Shown: positions 57,536-64,000 of the stretch, piece after piece
Layout: each line of letters starts with the position of its first letter
How positions within the stretch are numbered: position 1 is the first letter of the stretch
Assembly: GCA_050250895.1 (NCBI GenBank)
Contig: JBFWNU010000001.1
Location: 1,288,008 to 1,352,007, forward strand
Source: Vulcanimicrobiota bacterium
GTDB taxonomy: Bacteria; Vulcanimicrobiota; Xenobia; Xenobiales; JADMJV01
DNA: 64,000 bases
Direction of reading: 5' to 3'
The notes under the pieces: model-generated
Database searches by the model: none
What the model was told of the DNA's origin: nothing
What the model saw: the letters and a program-made list of their open reading frames with translations, nothing else
Program-made: the position numbers and the translations under genes

Positions 57536-58270
57536 CTAGTCCTGTTGGCGGGCCTTTCTAGCCAGGGCCACCAGGGTCATTCCATAGGGCAGACCCGAGC
57601 GGATGACGCGGGGGACTTCCAGCTGGCAGACCCAGCTGAAGAAGCGGTTGAAGGGGGCGGGGGGGATACTCATTTCAGCGTGGGGCCGGCGGGGTAAGAG
57701 GGCCAGTAGGGCGCGGGCTGCCAGCACGATGGGTAGGATGAGCAGATTGACATAGGAGCAGTGAGTCAGAGCGAAGCCGCTGGCGACGATCTTCTCTTGC
57801 AATTCGGCTTTGCGGTAGCGTCGCTGGTGATGCACGATGCGATCGTGCTCGCCATAGAGCCAGGGCAGAGCTGGAGTATAGATCAGCAGCTGTCCTCCGG
57901 GCTTGAGGACACGGCCGAATTCGAGCAGGGCGGCCCGGTCGTCGGCGATGTGCTCGATGACGTCAAAGGCCGTGACCAAATCAAAGCTGGCGTCGTCAAA
58001 AGGTAGGCGCGTGGCGTCGGCTTGATGGACACGGGTCAAACCGCGAGCGCGGCAATACTCGAGAGCTTCAGCCGCGAAATCGACCCCGTGAACCTCGCCA
58101 AAGCGCTCGAGCAGTCGCATGTTGTAGCCGGTTCCGCAGCCCACATCGAGAATTCTCTGGGACCCGGTCAGGTTGGCCTCGAGCATGGCCAGACAGACGG
58201 CGCGACGCCCCCTGTACCACCACAGGTGCTCTTCGATGTTAAAGATGTTGTCGTAGGCAACGCTTTCCAT
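57536..58270 (-). CDS. Class I SAM-dependent methyltransferase
   Basis: ILDVGCGTG, LPFDDASFD, DVIEH, HQRRY. Confidence 0.9.
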   Translation of the reverse strand: MESVAYDNIFNIEEHLWWYRGRRAVCLAMLEANLTGSQRILDVGCGTGYNMRLLERFGEVHGVDFAAEALEYCRARGLTRVHQADATRLPFDDASFDLVTAFDVIEHIADDRAALLEFGRVLKPGGQLLIYTPALPWLYGEHDRIVHHQRRYRKAELQEKIVASGFALTHCSYVNLLILPIVLAARALLALLPRRPHAEMSIPPAPFNRFFSWVCQLEVPRVIRSGLPYGMTLVALARKARQQD

Positions 58271-58272
58271 GA

Positions 58273-60120
58273 TCAGGCGTACTTTTGGTGCCAGAGCTGA
58301 AACATCAGCAAAGTCCAGATCGGCTTTCGGTGATCGGCCTGGCCGGCCAGGTGCTGGTCGACCAGCCTCTGGATTGGCTGGTGGTGGAACAGGCCCTGAG
58401 CTTTCAAGTGTTCAGGCCGCAGATGACTTTCGACCAGGGGGCGTAAGTCACCTCGAACCCAGTCGGCCACGGGAATGCCGAAACCCTTTTTGGCCCGTTT
58501 GACAGTCGCGGTCGGCAGGCTGGGCCCGAGCGCCTGTTTGAGGGCCAGCTTGCAATCCGGCCCTCGGAACTTCAGGCTCGAGGGCAGGTGGGCCAGAAAC
58601 TCGACCACCGTATGGTCGAGAAAGGGCACCCGGCCTTCCAGCGAAACAGCCATGGTGGCCCGGTCGAGCTTGACCAGTAGATCGTCGGCCAGATAGCCGT
58701 GGAGATCGAGAGTCTGGATGGTCTCGGTGCCCCGGGTGCCGGCCAGGGGAAATCGCCCCAGGGGTTCGAGCACCGGTTCTTCGGGCGGCGTCAACAGCAG
58801 GTCCGGGGTGTCGACCGGGAAAGAGCCCATCCAGTTGACATGACGGGTGACGCGGTCACAGTCGATGGCCGAGAAGAAGCGCTTGAGCTTGAAGTCGAGG
58901 CTGAGGTAGTGGCGCGAGACGGGCAGGTGGTTGACCAGCCATCGAAAGAGGGCCAGGACAGGTCGGGGCAACCAGCCCATTCCATCGGCCAGTTGATGGG
59001 CCCAATAGGTGGGATAGCCGCCCAACAGCTCGTCGGCCCCTTCCCCTGAAAGGGCGACGGTGACGTGCTCGCGGGCGAACTGACTAAGCAGATAGGTGGG
59101 CACGATGGCGGCATCTCCCAGGGGCTCGTCGAGCACCTCGAGCAGTGGCTCGAGCACCGCCTGAGTGGTGGCAGCTTCCAGGATGCGCTCGTGATGCTCG
59201 GTGCCCAGAAAGCGGGCCACCTCGCGGAAGTGACGGGACTCGTCGAAGCTCTCTTCGCGAAAGCCGATGGAGAAGGTCTTGACTTGACCGGGATGCAGCT
59301 CGCACATGAGGGCCGTGAGGCTGGAAGAATCGAGACCACCCGACAGGAAAATTCCCAGGGGCACATCCGAGATCAGCCTTCGGCGCACCGATTCGCGCAG
59401 CAAATGGCGCAATTCCGCGGCCCAATCGCGGACCGGGCGGGCCGGGGCCGGTTGGAAGTGAACCGACCAGTAGGAGTGGGTGCGCAGGTGACCTTCTTCG
59501 AAAACCAGCAGGTGGCCGGGTAGCAGCTTGCGGATGTTGGCGAAGATGCTGCGCGGGCCGGGCACGTATTCGAAAGTGAGATACTGGCGTACGGCCGCCA
59601 GGTCGAGCTGGCGAGGAAAGTCCGTGGCCGCTAGAATCGCCTTGAGTTCGCTTCCGAAGTAGAGCCTCTGTTGGTGAAGCCCATAGTAGAGAGGCTTGAT
59701 TCCCAGGCGATCCCGGGCCAGCACCAGCCTTCGTCGGCGTGCGTCCCAGAGGGCCACTGCGAACATTCCATTGAGGTGGTCGACGAAGTCGAGGCCAAAG
59801 TCTTCATAGAGGTGGACCAGCACCTCGCCGTCGGTCCTGGTGTTGAAGTGGTGACCCTTTTCTTCGAGTTGACGTCGTAGGGACTGGAAGTTATAGATCT
59901 CGCCGTTGAAGACGGCAACTACCTGCAGGTCCTCCGAGAAGTAGGGCTGGCGACCACCGTCGAGATCGATGATCTTGAGGCGACGGATAGCCAGTCCCAC
60001 TTCCTGGGCGGTGTGAAAGCCGTCTTGATCGGGGCCGCGATGGACCAGTTGGCCGGCCATCCGGGGCAGTTCCTCATCCGGGGGCGGCGTTGGCCCGGCC
60101 CATCCGCAGATGCCGCACAT
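58273..60120 (-). CDS. asnB: Glutamine-hydrolysing asparagine synthase-family amidotransferase
   Basis: MCGICG, HRGPD, FNGEIYN, LSGGLDSS, SGEGADE, RVPFLD. Confidence 0.92.
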   Translation of the reverse strand: MCGICGWAGPTPPPDEELPRMAGQLVHRGPDQDGFHTAQEVGLAIRRLKIIDLDGGRQPYFSEDLQVVAVFNGEIYNFQSLRRQLEEKGHHFNTRTDGEVLVHLYEDFGLDFVDHLNGMFAVALWDARRRRLVLARDRLGIKPLYYGLHQQRLYFGSELKAILAATDFPRQLDLAAVRQYLTFEYVPGPRSIFANIRKLLPGHLLVFEEGHLRTHSYWSVHFQPAPARPVRDWAAELRHLLRESVRRRLISDVPLGIFLSGGLDSSSLTALMCELHPGQVKTFSIGFREESFDESRHFREVARFLGTEHHERILEAATTQAVLEPLLEVLDEPLGDAAIVPTYLLSQFAREHVTVALSGEGADELLGGYPTYWAHQLADGMGWLPRPVLALFRWLVNHLPVSRHYLSLDFKLKRFFSAIDCDRVTRHVNWMGSFPVDTPDLLLTPPEEPVLEPLGRFPLAGTRGTETIQTLDLHGYLADDLLVKLDRATMAVSLEGRVPFLDHTVVEFLAHLPSSLKFRGPDCKLALKQALGPSLPTATVKRAKKGFGIPVADWVRGDLRPLVESHLRPEHLKAQGLFHHQPIQRLVDQHLAGQADHRKPIWTLLMFQLWHQKYA

Positions 60121-61086
60121 CTAGGTCTGAGCGGATTCTGACGAGATCCGACGGACCACATAGATCTTCTTGGCCTGGGACTCGTGATAGGTGCGGATGA
60201 CCAGTTCGGCCAGCAGGCCCAGCATGAGCGATTGCACGCCCAGAATGAGCAGAAGGGCCGACAGGCTGGGCAGGGGGGTGAGGATCATCGAGATACCCTG
60301 CACCACCTTCATATAGATCATGACACCGGCCGTGGTCAGGCCCGCCGCCAACAGCAACATGCCCACGCCCCCGAAGACATAGATGGGCTTGGTCGAGTAG
60401 AGCCCCAGGAAGCGAACGGTCAGCAGGTCGAGCAACACCTTGAAGGTGCGGCCGATGCCATATTTCGAGGTGCCGTGCAGGCGGGGGTGGTGAGCCACGA
60501 CGGTCTCGGTGATGGTGGCCCCCTGGTGCACCACCAGGGCCGGCAAGAAGCGGTGCATCTCGCCGTAGAGATTGAGCCCTTCCAGCGCCGAGCGGCGATA
60601 GACCTTGAGGGTGCAGCCGTAGTCGTGGAGGTGGACGCCGGTGGCCCACGAGATCAGCCGGTTGGCGATCTTCGAGGGGAGGGTGCGCGAGACGAAGGCG
60701 TCCTGGCGGTCTTTGCGCCAGCCGCTGACGATGTCATAGCCCTCGGCGGCCTGCTTCAAGAGTCGCGGAATGTCGGCCGGGTCGTTCTGGAGATCGGCGT
60801 CGAGAGTGACCACGAACTCGCCCCGCGCATGGTCAAAACCGGCTGCCATTGCGGCTGTCTGGCCGAAGTTTCGGCGTAGTTCGATCGCGATCACGCGGGA
60901 GTCATGGGCGGCCAGTTCACGCATGCGCAACACACTGCGGTCTCGGCTGCCGTCATCGACTAACAGCAGTTCCCAATTGATGTCGAGCGGTTCGAGGGCC
61001 TCCAGAATCTTGTCGTAGAGCGGCTGCAGGTTGTCCTCTTCGTTATAGACGGGAATCACGAGAGAAATAGCTGGGTCTTGGCTCAT
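60121..61086 (-). CDS. GT2 polyprenyl-phosphate glycosyltransferase (ArnC-like)
   Basis: VIPVYNE, DDGSRD, RNFGQTAA, DADLQND, two C-terminal TM helices. Confidence 0.9.
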   Translation of the reverse strand: MSQDPAISLVIPVYNEEDNLQPLYDKILEALEPLDINWELLLVDDGSRDRSVLRMRELAAHDSRVIAIELRRNFGQTAAMAAGFDHARGEFVVTLDADLQNDPADIPRLLKQAAEGYDIVSGWRKDRQDAFVSRTLPSKIANRLISWATGVHLHDYGCTLKVYRRSALEGLNLYGEMHRFLPALVVHQGATITETVVAHHPRLHGTSKYGIGRTFKVLLDLLTVRFLGLYSTKPIYVFGGVGMLLLAAGLTTAGVMIYMKVVQGISMILTPLPSLSALLLILGVQSLMLGLLAELVIRTYHESQAKKIYVVRRISSESAQT

Positions 61087-61877
61087 GGCGGGCTGTTCAC
61101 TCCTGAGGGGTAGTTGACCTTTACCAGATAGAGCCCCCCCGGGGGGGCCGGCGGCGGAGCTTGCGCCGGATCGCGAAGGGCCAGCCGGCGAGCCGGTTCT
61201 TGAACCGCCCAGCGGCCGCGGCCCACCTCTACCAGGGCCGCCACCAGCAGCCGCACCATGCGACGAACGAAGGCGTTGGCCTCGAGCCGGAACGTGATCA
61301 GGGGCAGGTCGAAGGGAGCGGGACCCGCCCACTCACTTCGGCTAACGTCCAGGGCCGTCAGAGTGCGAATTCGACTCTGGTCAGCCGGAGCCCGGCTGGA
61401 ATAGGTGCTGAAGTCGTGTTCTCCGAGCAGTTGGCCGGCGGCTGCTTGCATGGCTCGCTGCTCGAGTGGGTCAGGCAGACACCAGGCCCGCTGCGACCAG
61501 AACAGGTCGTGGGATTGGCTCAGCACGTGGTAGTGATAGATTCGCGAGAGAGCGTCATAGCGGGGATGAAAGTCAGGGTCGGCCAGCTCGGCGTGAAGTA
61601 CCCGAATGGTCTCGGGCAGGATGGCATTCGCGCCGCGCACCACCACTTCGGGCGGGCGGTCGCGCTGGCTGTCGAAGGCGATCACCTGGCCGGTGGCGTG
61701 GACGCCGGCGTCGGTCCGTCCGGCCGCTTTGAGCTGGACCGGTTCTGCCATCAGGCTCGACAGGGCTCGCTCGAGGGTGCCCTGCACGCTCTCGGGCCCC
61801 CCTTCGGGCTGGCGCTGGAAGCCAGCGAAGGCATCCCCCTGGTAGGCCACGGTCAGGCGATAACGGGCCAAGGCCAC
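61083..61877 (-). CDS. truA: tRNA pseudouridine(38-40) synthase
   Basis: AYQG..GFQRQ, AGRTDAGVHATGQ, GEHDFS, RMVR, APPGGLYL. Confidence 0.93.
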   Translation of the reverse strand: MALARYRLTVAYQGDAFAGFQRQPEGGPESVQGTLERALSSLMAEPVQLKAAGRTDAGVHATGQVIAFDSQRDRPPEVVVRGANAILPETIRVLHAELADPDFHPRYDALSRIYHYHVLSQSHDLFWSQRAWCLPDPLEQRAMQAAAGQLLGEHDFSTYSSRAPADQSRIRTLTALDVSRSEWAGPAPFDLPLITFRLEANAFVRRMVRLLVAALVEVGRGRWAVQEPARRLALRDPAQAPPPAPPGGLYLVKVNYPSGVNSPP

Positions 61878-62650
61878 TGCTCCAGATAAACGATGCTGCC
61901 CAACCATACCAGGCTGGTGAAAGTGAAAGCCCAGTCGACCGGGGTCACGGTTAGTGGGCAACGTTGGCTGCGCGGTTGTCCGCCTCGATAGCCTCGGGCC
62001 TCCATCGCCAGAGCCATGTGATCCGCGTGCTGGAGGGCGCGTACGAAGATGGGCACCAGCACGCCCCGCATCGCTCGCCAGCGAGCCAACCACGAGCCGT
62101 GGTCAAGGGGGGCTCCGCGACTGAGTTGGGCTTTGACTACGCGGTCGGCCTCAAGGGCAAGAATGGGCAAAAAACGCAGTGATAGCAGGCTCATGAGAGC
62201 AAGCTCGGCGACCGGCAGCCCCAGCCACCCCAGCGGTTTGAGAAAGCCCTCCAGCGCTCGGGCAGCGGCCAGAGGCCGGGTCGTCAGGGTCAATAGTGAA
62301 CTAAGGGCTACCAGCAGAAGCAGGCGCAAAGCCAGACGGGCCCCGTGTTCCAGGCCTTGAAGATGGGTCGCTTTGGCTTCCGGCCAGGCACTATGGAACG
62401 CCAGGATCAGCAAGGCCACCGCCAGGATTGGTTGTAGGCCGCGCCAAAAGTAGCCGCCCGGCAGGCGCGAGCTGAGCACCAGGCCCAGGCAGAAAGCGCT
62501 CAGCAACCCGAGGCTCTGCCAGCGTTCGACCAGGAACAGGGTCAGCATGGCCAAGCTGCCCACCACCAGCTTGGTGCGGGGATCGAGTCGGTGCAAAAGA
62601 GACCGCCCGGGCACGTACTGGCCCAGGGTCAGGTTTCGCAGCGGTTCGAT
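61853..62650 (-). CDS. ecfT: ECF transporter transmembrane component EcfT (start probably non-AUG)
   Basis: LGQYVPGRSLLHRLDPRTK, LRFLP, AQLSRG, AMEARGY. Confidence 0.85.
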   Translation of the reverse strand: MEPLRNLTLGQYVPGRSLLHRLDPRTKLVVGSLAMLTLFLVERWQSLGLLSAFCLGLVLSSRLPGGYFWRGLQPILAVALLILAFHSAWPEAKATHLQGLEHGARLALRLLLLVALSSLLTLTTRPLAAARALEGFLKPLGWLGLPVAELALMSLLSLRFLPILALEADRVVKAQLSRGAPLDHGSWLARWRAMRGVLVPIFVRALQHADHMALAMEARGYRGGQPRSQRCPLTVTPVDWAFTFTSLVWLGSIVYLEQWPWPVIA

Positions 62651-62656
62651 CGGGGT

Positions 62657-63484
62657 TTAATCCTCCTCGATCAGTCGGCTCAGGTATTGAGACTTCTTGT
62701 AGGCGGCAAAAACGGCCTTCGAGATCACCGTGCGCATTCCACCTTTTTCCAGGTGGTAGAGGGCGTCGGCGGTGGTGCCCCCGGGGGAGGTGACCTGGTT
62801 GCGCAGCTCAGCCAGGTGGCGAGGCGACTTCAGAGCGTAGTCGACGGAGCCTTTGACGGTCTGCAGCACCAGTTGCTCGGCGATGCGCCGCGAGAAGCCC
62901 ATATGGACGCCGGCGTCGACCAGGGCCTCCATGAAAAGGAAGACATAGGCGGGACCGGTTCCCGAGAGGGCGGTGGCCATATCGAGTTCGCCTTCACGAC
63001 TGACATAGACTTCCTCTCCGAGGGCCTGCAGAATGCGGCGGGCTTTCTGGCGGTCCGACTCGCTCACGGCCGCGGTGCAGGTCCAGACGCTCATCCCCTC
63101 ACCCAGCTGGGCCGGGGTGTTGGGCATGACACGCACCACCGCTTCGTGTTCGAGACCTTTGCACAGAGTCTCGGTGGTGACCCCGGCGATGATGCTCAAG
63201 ACCAGTTGCTCGCCTCGCACGTGTTTGCGGATGTCGTGCATGACGTCGCCCAGAGCCTGGGGTTTGATCGACAGAACCACGATGTCGGCGCCGTCGACGG
63301 CCGTAGTGTTTTCGGTTGTGGTGCGCACTCCGTACTGTTCGGCCAGGGTCTCGAGTCTGGTGGGAAGCGGGTCGGCGCAGGTGATGTTGGGGGCCGAAAC
63401 CAGTTGCTCGGCCAACAAGCCGTTGAGGATCGCCTCAGCCATGACGCCGCTACCGACGAAACCTAACTTAGTGTCTTGCAGCAT
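62657..63484 (-). CDS. proC: Pyrroline-5-carboxylate reductase
   Basis: GFVGSGVMA, IKPQ, RVMPNTP, TALSGTGPAY, VTSPGGTT. Confidence 0.95.
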   Translation of the reverse strand: MLQDTKLGFVGSGVMAEAILNGLLAEQLVSAPNITCADPLPTRLETLAEQYGVRTTTENTTAVDGADIVVLSIKPQALGDVMHDIRKHVRGEQLVLSIIAGVTTETLCKGLEHEAVVRVMPNTPAQLGEGMSVWTCTAAVSESDRQKARRILQALGEEVYVSREGELDMATALSGTGPAYVFLFMEALVDAGVHMGFSRRIAEQLVLQTVKGSVDYALKSPRHLAELRNQVTSPGGTTADALYHLEKGGMRTVISKAVFAAYKKSQYLSRLIEED

Positions 63485-63593
63485 AGGAGTGGGCATTTTC
63501 CCCAGGCGAGAAACTTCCCTTCCGGGGCTGTTCATAAACTGTTAACAATGTGGAAAGAAAAGGGCTTTGGAAAGGGCTAGCAAACCATCGGGG

Positions 63594-64000
63594 ATGAAAA
63601 TCCTGTTTCTTGCCGCCGAGGCCACCCCGTTCATCAAGGTGGGGGGGCTGGGTGATGTGGCCGGGGCTCTGCCGGCGGCCTTGCGCCGACGGGGGCTGGA
63701 CGTGCGTCTGATCTGCCCGCGCTACGGCACTATCGAGCCCGGGCGATGGGGCCTGACCAGGGTGCTGGACAATTTTCCTGTCCAGATGGACTGGCGACGA
63801 GAAGAGTGCCAGTTGTTGGGGGCCCCCGATGGACAGAGCTTTTTTCTGGAGAATCAGTATTTCTTTGGCTCGCGAAGCCAGGCTTATGGCGAGAACGACG
63901 ATCCCGAGCGCTTCGTGCTTTTCGCTCGGGCGGCCATCGAGGCGTGCCGCTACCTGAATTGGTGGCCCGACGTCATCCACGCCCACGACTGGCATTCGGC
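63594..64000 (+). CDS. glgA: Glycogen synthase (3'-truncated by window)
   Basis: MKILFLAAEATPFIKVGGLGDVAGALP, ERFVLF, PDVIHAHDWH. Confidence 0.92.
   Translation, partial: MKILFLAAEATPFIKVGGLGDVAGALPAALRRRGLDVRLICPRYGTIEPGRWGLTRVLDNFPVQMDWRREECQLLGAPDGQSFFLENQYFFGSRSQAYGENDDPERFVLFARAAIEACRYLNWWPDVIHAHDWHS

Noticed and set aside
58273-60120. asnB-like gene as lasso-peptide cyclase
   Set aside because: Intact N-terminal Cys glutaminase domain, no B protein or precursor; context is GT2/methyltransferase surface modification
61853-63484. proC-ecfT read-through fusion (same frame, single TAA)
   Set aside because: TAA is rarely read through and an SD precedes the ecfT N-terminus; separate initiation is more plausible

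Overview
A 64-kb, roughly 60-65% GC, mostly core-genome bacterial window. It carries a small flagellar cluster (fliK-like, FlhB-C-like, flgF, flgG, flgJ, fliA), cystathionine beta-synthase, two membrane HD-GYP proteins and a tRNA-Arg-tadA-tRNA-Ser x2-large SRP RNA locus. Further on are recF/dciA inverted relative to gyrB-gyrA, a nucleotide-sugar cluster, groESL, a carbohydrate ABC transporter with a binding-protein/permease fusion, DUF2330 plus a di-heme protein, a HerA/FtsK-like ATPase, minCDE, proC-ecfT-truA-GT2-asnB-MTase and the start of glgA. The Alu-type SRP RNA and gene order suggest a Terrabacteria-type lineage (Eremiobacterota/Armatimonadota-like is only a guess). I found no CRISPR array, integrase, transposase, prophage or clear defence island. 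The most unusual signals are non-coding or fine-scale. (1) A 41-bp terminator-containing direct repeat brackets a structured candidate ncRNA (39863-40138), with an upstream antiterminator-like sequence. (2) A sigmaH-like AGG-N-GAA bipartite motif recurs upstream of about a dozen genes. (3) A GGAG-footed mini-hairpin array lies at 38346-38500. (4) Two HD-GYP proteins show complementary motif degeneracy around a small protein with a FlgM-like motif. (5) Two proteins look like two-domain arrestins. All calls come from reading the sequence by eye; no database searches were run.
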